Assembly: GCA_963717145.1 (NCBI GenBank)
Contig: OY970325.1
Coordinates: 224,001-288,000 of the forward strand
Direction: 5' to 3'
DNA length: 64,000 nt
Source: an uncultured Armatimonadetes bacterium
GTDB lineage: Bacteria > Armatimonadota > UBA5829 > DTJY01
Part shown: in pieces, positions 49,864 through 59,905 of the stretch
Layout: each line of letters starts with the position of its first letter
Position numbering within the stretch: position 1 is the first letter of the stretch
The notes under the pieces: model-generated
Told to the model about the DNA's origin: nothing
The model's input: only the letters and a program-made list of their open reading frames with translations
Database searches by the model: none
Translations under genes and position numbers: made by a program

Positions 49864-50151
49864 ATGGATGTACGAGTGACATTGCCGGCGGATCCGGCCG
49901 GTAGATTCGAACGAGAGAATGCAGGAGCGGCCAAACACAAGCCGCACGTGTTCGCGCCGGATGGTATTGCTGCCGATGTGGCATCGGAGGCTGACAGCTA
50001 TGTCGGTCGCCCGAGAGCCAAGGACCCGAGGGAGGAGCGAAAGGGCAAGCCGAAGCATCCTCCTGAGGCTGGTCCGATCATTGCCGATGCTCCACCCGAT
50101 CTCGGTTCCGATGAGTCGGGCGAGCACCATGTCCTTGATGTGAGAGTGTAG
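49864..50151 (+). CDS. Hypothetical protein
   Basis: GGAGAG RBS; C-terminal HVLDVRV resembles ends of small flagellar-associated proteins. Confidence 0.5.
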   Translation: MDVRVTLPADPAGRFERENAGAAKHKPHVFAPDGIAADVASEADSYVGRPRAKDPREERKGKPKHPPEAGPIIADAPPDLGSDESGEHHVLDVRV

Positions 50152-50154
50152 AAG

Positions 50155-50247
50155 GGGAGGGCGAGGCTCCGTCCGAGCCGGATGCTTCGGTAGCGCCGCT
50201 CTGTTCTGCTGCCGAAGCATCCGGCTCGGACGGAGCCTCGCCCTCCC
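50155..50247. repeat. GGAG-type REP doublet (family K)
   Basis: GGGAGGGCGAGGCTCCGTCCGAGCCGGATGCTTCGG and its reverse complement. Confidence 0.88.
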
Positions 50248-50263
50248 ATCGAAAGGTTGAGAA

Positions 50264-50707
50264 ATGTCCAGCGGTTGGTTCGTCTTCACAGTAGTCGCGT
50301 CGATAGTCATCTGTGCCGGGAGCATCCTCGCTACGGCCATCATGCGCGCGGCCTGGGCTCACCATCGCAATGAGGCGCTGACCTCATCCGACCTGCGCGC
50401 CCTCGAGGAATCCGCATTGCTCCTGATCCAGCAGATCAAATCCGAGGCTGATCGGGGCATCGCGGAGTTGGACGAGCGTTCGTCTCAGTTGCGATCTCTG
50501 ATCGAGAAGGCCGATGCGAGGCTCAAGGCGCTGCATGAGTCAGCCCTCCCGGTCTTCGATCATCCGGCAACCCCAATCGGATCGGTGGATCGCGGTCAAG
50601 TGATGGAGCTGGCATCGAGCGGGATGGACTGCACGGACATCGCGCGCGCGACCGGTCTCGGATGCGGCGAGGTAAAGCTGATGCTGGGTCTGGCGAAGGC
50701 CCGATAG
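50264..50707 (+). CDS. Membrane-anchored coiled-coil protein with C-terminal HTH (DUF2802/DUF6115-like)
   Basis: TM helix, coiled coil, DIARATGLGCGEVKLML. Confidence 0.7.
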   Translation: MSSGWFVFTVVASIVICAGSILATAIMRAAWAHHRNEALTSSDLRALEESALLLIQQIKSEADRGIAELDERSSQLRSLIEKADARLKALHESALPVFDHPATPIGSVDRGQVMELASSGMDCTDIARATGLGCGEVKLMLGLAKAR

Positions 50708-50719
50708 GTCCCACGAGTC

Positions 50720-51913
50720 CTATGCGACTCGAGCCCCGACTCCCTTTCCCCTGTCCGATGGACGCACCCGTTGCTGATGGATGATCGCTACCCTGGCATG
50801 AAGGGGCAGGTTCGCGCGCACTACGTCAGTCAGCGGCATTCGGTATACCGGCCGGCCATACACAGGCACATCGCTCGCCTTCTTCTTAGCCCCCAGGCTG
50901 CGCACCATGATATACGTCGTCGCCGCCACGATCACTATCCAGCAGGCGATATCACCGACGCCGGTTGAGGCCTTGGGTCGAGGCTCCTGCACTCGTGGGA
51001 ACACCGACTGCGGCTTCCCCAGGCTCAGACTGACAGCCGCCAACTGAGCGCCAATACGTGGATCGTCGGATCGTGCGAGCGTGCGGACGGCCGTGATCAC
51101 GACGTCCCGGTACAGGCGCTTCCGGGTCTCCCTCGGCTGATCGGATGCCGTCTCGACCAGCAGACCGCATATCCCCAGGCCCGCGAAATGCCGGTGTGCC
51201 AGCCGGGTGTCTGCCTCGTCTCGGTAGAAGACCATCTGCGGGATGTTTGCGCTCGTCATCCCATGGCGGGTGAAGGCCGATAGAAGCCTTGCCAGCTTGA
51301 GTTGAGGCTTGCTCCCGAAACCGGCCACCTCGATGCAGTTTGTGTGAAGAGGATTCCGGTCCATCCATTCGTGCAGGTCGATCACCACTTGCGGCTTGAA
51401 CCGGTTCACCAGCTTCTGAACGGAGAGCGTCTCCGGCACAGTTGGGGATGCCCAACTCCTGTTCGGATCGGCGCCCTGGGAGTTCAGCCTGCGGTGGGAC
51501 GCAAACCCGTCCGGATTCACGACTGGTACCAGCACGAGTCTCACTCGAGGAGGCAATCCCCCGCGCGACAGCTCCCCCGCGAGGTCGAGCATCGCATAGA
51601 CCGGGCTCACTTCATCCCCGTGCTGACCGCTCATCACGAGCACGCGCACCTGGCCCTGAGGGTCGTCCGCCTTGGCGTCCGCGAGCAGCACGGCGAAGAT
51701 CGGCCGTCCGCCCGCCGATTTGCCGATCTCGAGGACTCGGGCGCACGGAGATCCATCGATTGCTTTCACGCGCGAGATGACTGCGGCATATGGGTCAGCC
51801 GCCTGGAGAGGGCCCTCGATGAGGAACGCGATTGCGACCAGGGAGAGCAACCACGCTGGGAGTGGCCGCCGTCGCAGAGAGGTATCAACGCATGCTGTCG
51901 AGGAATCTTGCAT
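50720..51913 (-). CDS. M14 zinc carboxypeptidase, exported, with C-terminal TM helix (start uncertain)
   Basis: GQHGDE, NPDG..RRLN..DPNR, IDLHE. Confidence 0.85.
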   Translation of the reverse strand: MQDSSTACVDTSLRRRPLPAWLLSLVAIAFLIEGPLQAADPYAAVISRVKAIDGSPCARVLEIGKSAGGRPIFAVLLADAKADDPQGQVRVLVMSGQHGDEVSPVYAMLDLAGELSRGGLPPRVRLVLVPVVNPDGFASHRRLNSQGADPNRSWASPTVPETLSVQKLVNRFKPQVVIDLHEWMDRNPLHTNCIEVAGFGSKPQLKLARLLSAFTRHGMTSANIPQMVFYRDEADTRLAHRHFAGLGICGLLVETASDQPRETRKRLYRDVVITAVRTLARSDDPRIGAQLAAVSLSLGKPQSVFPRVQEPRPKASTGVGDIACWIVIVAATTYIMVRSLGAKKKASDVPVYGRPVYRMPLTDVVRANLPLHARVAIIHQQRVRPSDRGKGVGARVA

Positions 51914-52319
51914 CTTGGTCCCGGAGGTTGCTGCTATAGGTCCGGCGCAGGCCGCTATGTTGTTCGAGAGTGATGAGGTCATTACGGCATTGCGCCATTC
52001 GTGCTGACATCTCGGCCTCGCAGTGCCTCTGGTCCTCGTTCAGCGAGATCAGATCCAGGTGGATGTCATCCAGGAAGGTTCGGAGTTCATCGTCCAGACC
52101 GGCGTCAGAGCGTTCGATCTCCTGCACGAGCGGTTTCAGTGCCTCCCCGCACCTCACAAGCTCCATGCACAGAATCGACCGCGATTCGATCAGGTCTCCG
52201 GTGGACTCGATCCCCGACTCGTCGAGCGTTCTCAGAAAATCGTCTCGGATATCCGACAGCCGACGGATCAGGCTGTTGTATTCGTTTCCGCACTCCAGCG
52301 CTCGATCTCGGAGGGTCAT
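51885..52319 (-). CDS. FliT/FlgN-like helical chaperone
   Basis: ATGA overlap with fliS stop; all-helical; C-terminal ARFLDSMR. Confidence 0.6.
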   Translation of the reverse strand: MTLRDRALECGNEYNSLIRRLSDIRDDFLRTLDESGIESTGDLIESRSILCMELVRCGEALKPLVQEIERSDAGLDDELRTFLDDIHLDLISLNEDQRHCEAEMSARMAQCRNDLITLEQHSGLRRTYSSNLRDQDARFLDSMR

Positions 52320-52723
52320 GCTGCTTTGACCTCCTGGCCTCTCCCGGAGCGGACCATCATTTCGGCATCCGCCCATGCCGACCTGAGATCGCTCAGGAGG
52401 CCGATGACCTCCTGCAAAGCTCCGGCGTTGTCATGTATGTTGGCGTCAGTCAGGCGGTCGAACATGTAGCTGTAGAGACTGGCCAGGCTATCTGCCAACT
52501 CGGGATTGCTCTCCCTGTCGAGGCACGACGTCAGCTCGGTAAGGATTGCCTGCGTCCTGGTGATGCTGGTGCTCTGGACATCGAGTCTGCCGGCTTTCAT
52601 CCCTTCCATGCCCGTCTTGGCAAACCGGATTGCGCCATCGTAGGCAAGGACAATGAGCCTGCCTGGAGTTGCAGTATTGATCTGGGTGTCAGTGTACTGA
52701 GAAAACGGGTTCTTCATTACCAT
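52316..52723 (-). CDS. fliS: Flagellin chaperone FliS
   Basis: TATPGRLIVLAYDGAI, LASLYSYM, LRSAW. Confidence 0.93.
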   Translation of the reverse strand: MVMKNPFSQYTDTQINTATPGRLIVLAYDGAIRFAKTGMEGMKAGRLDVQSTSITRTQAILTELTSCLDRESNPELADSLASLYSYMFDRLTDANIHDNAGALQEVIGLLSDLRSAWADAEMMVRSGRGQEVKAA

Positions 52724-52766
52724 GGCAGAGGCTGTCATCTCCTGAGTAGTAGTCGCCTGCTGTGCG

Positions 52767-54744
52767 CTAGAGCCATCCATTCGACGCCGAAGCCAGTTGG
52801 CCGCTGAGGAATGATCCCTGGCTCTGCAACTGGCTGAGCGCGCTCTCCATCCTGGCGTACTGGATTACCAACCGTTCGCGTCTTGCCTCGACCCGTGTCT
52901 CCAGGTCGGCGATGTCTTCGTCGATGTCCTTCATCATCGTCGTCAGAGTGTCCTGAGACGTCTTGATGGCTCCTGTACCGGGCCATGTGATGAAATCGAG
53001 ATACTCGGACAGGACCGTTCCGACGCCCTTGGTGATGGCGATCGTGCCGTAGCTTCCGGTTGCCTGAGCCGTGATCCTGATCTTCAGGCCGTCGGTCGTC
53101 AGGTTTCCGGAGTTGCCTACGAGCACCTGGCCCGCGCCAGTCGCGGCCTCGCCGTTGATCGTTCCTGCGACATCCGTCCCGGCGGCGCCTGTGCCTGTCC
53201 CTGCTTCGCCACCCGGGCTTGCGATGGTGACCTGCACGGTTCCGAGGCCGGATGCAGTCCCGCCCCCGCCGTTCGATACAGTGGAGACGGCTGAGATGGT
53301 CTGAGCCGATCCGTGTGTTGCTTGCGTCAGCGTCAGGTAGTTGCCGGATCCGGTACCGCTGCTGTCCGTCAGCGAGGCGATGACGCCTGTCTCGGCGGTC
53401 TGTTCATTGATCCTGGCGGCCACCTGGAGTTGTGTCATGCCGGCAGTTAGGTTCACCGTCTTGCCGTTGATAGTGAGCTGCTCATCTGCCAGCAATACCG
53501 CCGTCTGCGCGACCCCCGCGGTCACCCTTGCCTGGGTGGCCACCGCCGTTATCACGACCGGATAGGCCGCCCCGGTCGCCTCGGTCTTGTCCGTCGTGCC
53601 TACGAACGATACGAATGGGCTGGTTGCGTCCCCCATAGTGGCGAACAAGTTCTTGATCTGCGGCAGGTCGTTGGAGAGGGCCTCATCCAGTATGCTGTCA
53701 TCTACAGTCAGCTTGTTGCCGCCGACTGCGGTCTTGATGCCGATCTGCGATAGAAGCGTGATTTCCTGGTCGAGGCCGGGAACGCTCCCAAAAAGCTTGT
53801 TGAAGAGATCGCCCTGAACCGAGCGCAGGTTCGAATCAGAGAAGAGCGCGCCCGAACTCTTGGTCGCAGGGTCATACTTGAACTGCTTGTTAATATAGTC
53901 GGTCAGGTTGTTGTACTGGTCGACGAAATCCTTGATCGCCTGTTTCACGGCGGCGGTGTCCTCGCCGATCGTTACCGCCACGGTCTTAGTCACATCAGCC
54001 GACTGAACATCGAGGGTCACGCCGGGGATGAGGCCTGTCACCTTGTTGGTGCTGCTCTCGACGGTGATCGCTCCCACGCCTTCTCCCATCGTCACTGACG
54101 CGTTCTGGGCCGTCTGGACGACCGTGTTGAACGTCGGGACAGTTCCGGTGGTCGATATCGTCATCTGGCCGGAGGACCCGCTGGTAGTGCTGGTCAGGAC
54201 GAGGTGATAGGGCGTATCACCGGTGCCGTCATCGATGATGGAAGCCTTCACCTCGGCGCCCGAGCGGTTGATGGCATCACGGAGGCCTGTCAAAGTGTTG
54301 TTCGAATCATCGAGCGTGATTACGGTAGGGTCGCCGTCGCCGGTGGTGATGCTGATCGTGCCCGTCCCGATAGTGGCAGTAGTCGCATCGACGTAGCCGT
54401 CACCGTCCGTCCGGATCTGATGCGCCCGGGCGACGGAGTTGACCTTGACGTAGTAGATGCCGGCATCGGCGCCGGTGGTCACGGTACCCTTGAGGAGAGA
54501 GTCATCGCTAGTTGAGAACGTCCTGGCGTCGAAGGTGATGCTCCGCGACAGAGCGTCCATCTTCTCCTTGAGGGCCAGGATGCGGGTGTTCATCTCCTGC
54601 CAGGCGGCAAGCTTGATGTTGAGCTTGCTCCTCCTGGACTCGCAGCCTGGTGATGGGGATTCGCTCGAGTTCGACGAGCTTGGCGATGATATCCTGGGTG
54701 TTCAACCCCGAGGCTAATCCACCGATCGATGTCGTTCCCGGCAT
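52767..54744 (-). pseudogene. fliD: Filament cap FliD, frameshifted near 54642 (possibly a sequencing error)
   Basis: N-terminus GLASGLNTQDIIAKLVELER in one frame; ESRRSKLNIKLAAWQEM continues in another; C-terminus QYARMESALSQLQSQ. Confidence 0.85.
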
Positions 54745-54778
54745 CTAGGTCATCCCTCTCGTGCTTGAGCGAAAGAAG

Positions 54779-54848
54779 CGGCCGTCCCTCCCCCCACGTC
54801 GGGGATGGAATTCAACTCCATCCCCAACACGGAGGGAGGGGACGGCCG
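54779..54848. terminator. Long GC-rich hairpin between fliC and fliD (terminator or mRNA stabiliser)
   Basis: CGGCCGTCCC..GGGGATGGA / TCCATCCCC..GGGACGGCCG. Confidence 0.55.
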
Positions 54849-54875
54849 TGTTAGTCACTTACGCGTTCCTCAGGC

Positions 54876-55700
54876 CTATCTCAGGAGAGAGAGAAGCGAC
54901 TGAGGAGCAGCATTGGCCTGTGTCAGCATTGCAGTGCCGGCCTGGAGCAGGATCTGGTTCCGAGTGAAGTTAACCATCTCGGCGGCCATATCCGTGTCTC
55001 TGACCGTGCTCTCGGATGCCGCGATGTTCTCACGGGCAACGCTCAGGGAGTTGATGTTCGACTCCATGTCCATCTGAGCAGCACCCAGCTCGGCCCTCAG
55101 GGTCGAGACAGTGCTGATCGCGGTATCCAACAGACCGATAGCCAGGGTCGCATTGGCAGCGGTCGACACGTCGAGCGCGTTAATGCCCAGCGCGGTCGCA
55201 TCGCTATCTGCGATCGTGACCGTGGCGGTCTGGTTGGCGTTGGCGCCGATCTGGAAGTCGATGCCCGCGGCGAATGTGCCGTCGAGCAACTTCTTAGTCC
55301 CGAACTGAGTATTGTCCGAGATCCTGGTCAGAGCCAGTGCCGCTGCGTCGATCTGCGTCTGGTCTGCAGCGACTGAGGTGGCGTCGTTCGCACCTTCGTT
55401 CGCTGCATGCACTGCCAGGTTGCGCATGGTACGGAGCAGAGAGTGAACCTCAGCGAGGGCTCCCTCTGCGGTCCGGATCACGTTGACGGCGTCGCTCGAG
55501 TTCGCGATCGCCTGGCCGAGTCCACTGACCTGCGCACGCAAGTTCTCGGAAATCGCCAGTCCGGCGGGATCGTCCGCAGCGCGGTTGATCCGATAGCCGG
55601 ATGACAATCGCTCGATAGAGACGCTCAGAGCCTTGTCTGTGCTCTGCAACTGTCGGTGCGCGCTCAGCGCTGCTGAGTTAAGGTTGATACGAAGTGACAT
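54876..55700 (-). CDS. fliC: Flagellin (short, 274 aa)
   Basis: ERLSSGYRINRAADDPAGLAIS, RDTDMAAEM, QANAAPQ. Confidence 0.96.
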   Translation of the reverse strand: MSLRINLNSAALSAHRQLQSTDKALSVSIERLSSGYRINRAADDPAGLAISENLRAQVSGLGQAIANSSDAVNVIRTAEGALAEVHSLLRTMRNLAVHAANEGANDATSVAADQTQIDAAALALTRISDNTQFGTKKLLDGTFAAGIDFQIGANANQTATVTIADSDATALGINALDVSTAANATLAIGLLDTAISTVSTLRAELGAAQMDMESNINSLSVARENIAASESTVRDTDMAAEMVNFTRNQILLQAGTAMLTQANAAPQSLLSLLR

Positions 55701-55704
55701 ACCG

Positions 55705-55746
55705 TAGATCCTCCTTGAGATCGACTACCCCGAATCCTTTCGGAGT
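55705..55746 (-). promoter_or_regulatory. CsrA-binding sites in the flagellin leader
   Basis: Hairpin ACTCCGAA-AGGA-TTCGGGGT plus AAGGAGGA SD; csrA and fliW are adjacent. Confidence 0.7.
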
Positions 55747-55959
55747 GGGGGCAATATTGCCCCTGTAGCTATTACCGGCTTGGTTATTCCACATTCGGCT
55801 CCATTACCGGCAACTATTTCCAGCGCTGGGAACCGAAAACTCAGGGATGTGCGGCAGCGCCTGCTAAAGGTGCGCCGCACCTACTACGCGCATATCTCAT
55901 CACGCTCCTTCCGGTTGCCGTGATAACGACCGCGTATTTTGCTGCAGCCGAGACCGACG

Positions 55960-56199
55960 TTATTCTGCCTTCTTGGCAGGCAGGACTTGGTCCAGTTTTT
56001 CGCCGCCATCAAGGGCGGACGCCGCCGCCTGCATGTTCTCGGCGGTCACCTGTTCCAGAAGCTCTTTCCTATGTACGGCTATGCTCCGTGGCGCCGTTAT
56101 GCCTATGCGCACCTGTTCGCCGCGGACATCCACGACTGTGATCTCGATGTCACCCGCGATCACTATGCGTTGGCCGATTTTTCGTGATAGAATAAGCAT
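55960..56199 (-). CDS. csrA: Carbon storage regulator CsrA
   Basis: MLILSRKIGQ..VRIGITAPRSIAVHRKE. Confidence 0.95.
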   Translation of the reverse strand: MLILSRKIGQRIVIAGDIEITVVDVRGEQVRIGITAPRSIAVHRKELLEQVTAENMQAAASALDGGEKLDQVLPAKKAE

Positions 56200-56215
56200 C
56201 GTGCTTTGCCCCCAA

Positions 56216-56671
56216 TCAGGCTGCTCTAGCCGTCTGCGAGTCCATCCTTGGCAACTCGCAGATTGTGTGTTTTGCCCCGTATCGTTCGTCCTGTAGCACG
56301 AACTGCCTCGCCGTCAGGCTGCGCGAGTTCATGACTACCGGTCCCAGCAGGTTAGTAGTGATCATGCCATCGTTGTCGATGGTCACCGTCGTCAGCATCG
56401 CAGCGTCGCTGGGATCGCCGAGATCCAGGGATTCAGCCTGCTCATCCGTGAGTTCGATCTCGTAATACGGGAAGAACTCCATCGGATTGACGACGATGAA
56501 CGCCAGCGACGGCTCATCCACCGCCTGCAGCCACTTGTATGCCGTATCCGGTCGGTCCTCCAGCAGCGCATAGCGTCTGACGGACTCGAATCCGAACATC
56601 CCTTCGGGCATGTGGATGATGGATTCCTCAGCGATCTCGATTGTCCCGAACCTGGTCGTGTCGATATTCAT
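56216..56671 (-). CDS. fliW: Flagellar assembly factor FliW
   Basis: TTRFG, GMFGFE, WLQA, TNLLGPVVMN. Confidence 0.93.
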   Translation of the reverse strand: MNIDTTRFGTIEIAEESIIHMPEGMFGFESVRRYALLEDRPDTAYKWLQAVDEPSLAFIVVNPMEFFPYYEIELTDEQAESLDLGDPSDAAMLTTVTIDNDGMITTNLLGPVVMNSRSLTARQFVLQDERYGAKHTICELPRMDSQTARAA

Positions 56672-56694
56672 AGCTTACAACCCTCCCCTTATGG

Positions 56695-57609
56695 CTACTG
56701 CAGAAAATCTGCAAGTGTTATATCAAGCAGCCTTCCTGCAGTCGATATTGCCGCCTGGTATACGTTCTCTCTTACTCGGAGCGCCACCAGGGCCTCCGCC
56801 ATATCCGCATCCTCATTGCGCGAAAGCAGTTCACTCGCGTTGATCTTCGAATCTGCGAGCGCATCGCTGTTCAGCTCGAGTCGTCTCAACGTCTCACCGA
56901 CTTGCGATCTGATGGATATCGCGTTGCCGAGATTCGCGTCGATATCGGTGATCTCAGCGGACATTGCAGCGACGTCACCCGCCAGGACAGCGTCTCTAAG
57001 ATCCCGTACCATCGTGAAAACGTCCGGCGTCCCGGGCGCAGATGCGCTCCCAATGTTGAACACCGTATCTCCGGTGACCCCGGCCTGGACGAGCGATCCC
57101 GGGCCGACCCGGATGTTCAGCCGGTTGCCGTCACCCTGGTAAAGATAAGGGGGCGATCCGGCGACATTCTCTATTATCGGTTGGGTATTGCTCAGACTAC
57201 CAGAAAAAATATATTTGCCCATGTGCAGGGTGTTTCCGGTGTTTGCGAGAGTCTCCCCGATCTTCTCTATCTGGGTAGCCAGGTTGGCCCTTGCAGCCTC
57301 TGTCACTGCAGGACTGGCGGCCGATAGGGCGAGCGTCCTCAACTGCTGAATCGAGCCGACGACCGAGTCGAGAGCGCTGCTGGTAACAGACAATTGGCTC
57401 ACGGCCACGTCTGTGTTCCGGTTGTACTGCTCGATCGAGGAGAGCGCCGACCGCAGGCTGAGAGACTTGCCCGTCCCGATCGGATCGTCCGATGGCGTGG
57501 CGATCCGCTTGCCGGTGGTCGCCATGTTCTGCGCCCGGAGCAACTGATCGGAACTGGACATCAAATTCGTTCGTATCCTTTCGGAGAGCATGGAAGTTGT
57601 GACTCTCAT
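56695..57609 (-). CDS. flgL: Hook-associated protein FlgL
   Basis: MRVTT, TGKRIATPSDDP, KYIFSG. Confidence 0.93.
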   Translation of the reverse strand: MRVTTSMLSERIRTNLMSSSDQLLRAQNMATTGKRIATPSDDPIGTGKSLSLRSALSSIEQYNRNTDVAVSQLSVTSSALDSVVGSIQQLRTLALSAASPAVTEAARANLATQIEKIGETLANTGNTLHMGKYIFSGSLSNTQPIIENVAGSPPYLYQGDGNRLNIRVGPGSLVQAGVTGDTVFNIGSASAPGTPDVFTMVRDLRDAVLAGDVAAMSAEITDIDANLGNAISIRSQVGETLRRLELNSDALADSKINASELLSRNEDADMAEALVALRVRENVYQAAISTAGRLLDITLADFLQ

Positions 57610-57613
57610 CCAT

Positions 57614-58999
57614 CTACCTCCCGGTCCCCATGCGGTTGACGACCGTATCGATCATCTCATCGATGACCGAGACAACGCGGGCCGCAGCATTGTAGGCCTG
57701 CTGGAACTTGACCAGGTTGATCATCTCTTCGTCGATCGACACGCCGGCCAGCGATTCGCGCTGGGTCTCCAGGTATTGCAGGGACACGGTGTTGACCTCA
57801 TTCTGAGTGGTCACCTCGCGCGAATTCGAACCCATATGCACTACCAGGTTGTTGTAGGCCACACCGACGGGCTGACTGTCGATCAGGGCTTCATCCCTGA
57901 CCCCCGTGATGGCCATCGCGAGCTGGTTGTCGCCCGGTCTACCGGTCGTCGAAGTGGCAACCGTCGAAGGCACGGCGACCAGTGCAGGATCTACACCTAT
58001 GTTGGATGCGTCAGCGCCCGGAATGAAGAACGGGCCGGTAGGGTTGCCGTTCAGGTCGACTCCAGTCGAGTGCAACTCGTTGACCCGGTTGACCAGCGTG
58101 GAAGCGATCGTGTTCAGAGAGTCTATGTAGCCGCTGACCGTCACGCTGCGTACCTTCATGAGCCCTTCGATCTCGCCGCCTTCGGGTTCGAAAGTCGATC
58201 CGTCGCCGGTCCACTTGAGTTCACTCCAGCCGTCCGCTCCTGTCGAGACCGCCAGCTCGGTGACATGCTCTCCCTGCACCAGGACTTTGCCGCTGATGCT
58301 GACGATGCAATCAGCGCCTCCACTGCCGAAAGTCTGTATCCGCGCCATGCTCGACAGCTCATCGATGAGGATATCTCGCCGGTCCAGCAGATCATTTGGC
58401 GCGACGACGCCGTTCTCGGAACGGACCAACTCTCTGTTGATGTCCGCAATCTGATGGGCCAGGTCATTGATGCGCGAGGCATCGTTCCGGATCTCCTTGT
58501 CAGCCTGAACCTGAACCTCGTGCAGATTGGCGTTCAGCGTCCGGAACCTGTCCGACAGGGCAACGCCTGCCTCGACGACACCGATGCGGGCGGATATGTT
58601 GTCGGGATTCGATGAGAGTTCATCCCATGCGTTCCAGAACTTGTCGAGCGCCGTCGACAGACCCGCTCCTCCGGGTTCGGCGAAGACCGACTCCACCTGC
58701 TTGAGGCTGTCGCTTTGTGCGCTGTACGAGCCGAGGAACTGGTTCATCTCTCGTATCTGACCGTCGATGTGGCTGCTCTGCAAGCGCCGGACTTCATGGA
58801 TAGTGACCCCGGTGCCGAGCTGCGGGATGCCCTGGCCGGTCGACGTTCCGCCCGATGTTGTTGTGCCCGGCAGGAAGACCGCCTCCTGGCGATGGTACCC
58901 TTTGGTGCCGGCGTTAGCGATGTTGTTGCCCGTGACGTTAAGGGCATACTGGTTCGCACGCAGGGCGCTTATTGCGATGTCGAGTCCAAGGAATGACAC
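57614..58999 (-). CDS. flgK: Hook-associated protein FlgK
   Basis: GNNIANAGTKGYHRQ, GVSIDEEMINLVKFQQAYNAAA. Confidence 0.95.
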   Translation of the reverse strand: MSFLGLDIAISALRANQYALNVTGNNIANAGTKGYHRQEAVFLPGTTTSGGTSTGQGIPQLGTGVTIHEVRRLQSSHIDGQIREMNQFLGSYSAQSDSLKQVESVFAEPGGAGLSTALDKFWNAWDELSSNPDNISARIGVVEAGVALSDRFRTLNANLHEVQVQADKEIRNDASRINDLAHQIADINRELVRSENGVVAPNDLLDRRDILIDELSSMARIQTFGSGGADCIVSISGKVLVQGEHVTELAVSTGADGWSELKWTGDGSTFEPEGGEIEGLMKVRSVTVSGYIDSLNTIASTLVNRVNELHSTGVDLNGNPTGPFFIPGADASNIGVDPALVAVPSTVATSTTGRPGDNQLAMAITGVRDEALIDSQPVGVAYNNLVVHMGSNSREVTTQNEVNTVSLQYLETQRESLAGVSIDEEMINLVKFQQAYNAAARVVSVIDEMIDTVVNRMGTGR

Positions 59000-59012
59000 T
59001 GTGGACCTCCGA

Positions 59013-59534
59013 CTAAACCTTTCTGTCCAGGAGCAGGGCAGCGCCGCCTGGATCCGCCGCCGGATCGTAGGTCTGCTGCTCGCTCACAAGCTTGGATATG
59101 ATGCCGACGGAGAACTGGACGTACTCCATCATGGTCTTGAGCAATTGCGTATTGCCTGCCACCAGAGCCTGAAGAACGACCGCCAGGGCTCTGGTCTCCC
59201 GGTTGATCCCGGCGTATTGCGCCTCGAACTCGGACGCTGATGCTTCGGTAGGGGAGGCCTTCAGCGGCCTCCCGGCCGGGAGGCCGTTGAAGGCCTCCCC
59301 TACGGGACCATCCGACTCCGCGAGCATCCCGAGCAGCGACTCCTCGCGCTTCTCGACCTTCGCCAGATCGATCAGCAGCGGGTCGTGCTTCCTCAGGTTC
59401 TCCTGCAGGTCAGCATGTCGCCGCTCCAGGAGTATGGCGCGTTGTTCCTCGGCCAGTGAGATCAGCTCCTGCAAACGCTGAAGCCTGAACCGTGCGGCCG
59501 TTATCAACTCGTTTCTGATGGTAGTAGCGTCCAT
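59013..59534 (-). CDS. flgN: Chaperone FlgN with an in-frame REP doublet
   Basis: Between flgM and flgK; helical; C-terminal LLDRKV. Confidence 0.8.
   Translation of the reverse strand: MDATTIRNELITAARFRLQRLQELISLAEEQRAILLERRHADLQENLRKHDPLLIDLAKVEKREESLLGMLAESDGPVGEAFNGLPAGRPLKASPTEASASEFEAQYAGINRETRALAVVLQALVAGNTQLLKTMMEYVQFSVGIISKLVSEQQTYDPAADPGGAALLLDRKV
59246..59305. repeat. In-frame REP-A doublet inside flgN
   Basis: Encodes PVGEAFNGLPAGRPLKASPT. Confidence 0.92.
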
Positions 59535-59542
59535 GGATACAC

Positions 59543-59848
59543 CTAGTTGCCGAATCTGCCGTCTGCGGCGCTCTTGAACATGCTCTGAGCCAGTTGGCTC
59601 TCGTTGACTTCGTAGTCGCCGGCAGAGACCTTCTGCCTGATGCCGTCGACTATGTCGTTTCTGATATCCGGTAGCGATGCCATCGCCTGTTTTATCTTCT
59701 GCATTTCCGTCGCCTGTCTGGATATGGTAAGTCTGTCCGCCCCGCGGGCGGCATCAACGCCGGGCAACGATTGCATCCCATACACCTTGTGCATGTGAAG
59801 CTCCATGACCCTGTTTATCTGAGTGCTGCTGATATGCATGACTGACAC
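59543..59848 (-). CDS. flgM: Anti-sigma28 factor FlgM
   Basis: DRLTIS, DIRNDIVDGIRQKVSAGDYEV. Confidence 0.88.
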   Translation of the reverse strand: MSVMHISSTQINRVMELHMHKVYGMQSLPGVDAARGADRLTISRQATEMQKIKQAMASLPDIRNDIVDGIRQKVSAGDYEVNESQLAQSMFKSAADGRFGN

Positions 59849-59878
59849 CCTTTTTCGATTTCGTGGCTACCGAGTTAA

Positions 59879-59905
59879 TCCTCGGCACTTTCCACCGGGA
59901 CTTTA
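59879..59905 (-). promoter_or_regulatory. sigma28 promoter of flgM
   Basis: TAAA-N15-GCCGAGGA. Confidence 0.75.
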
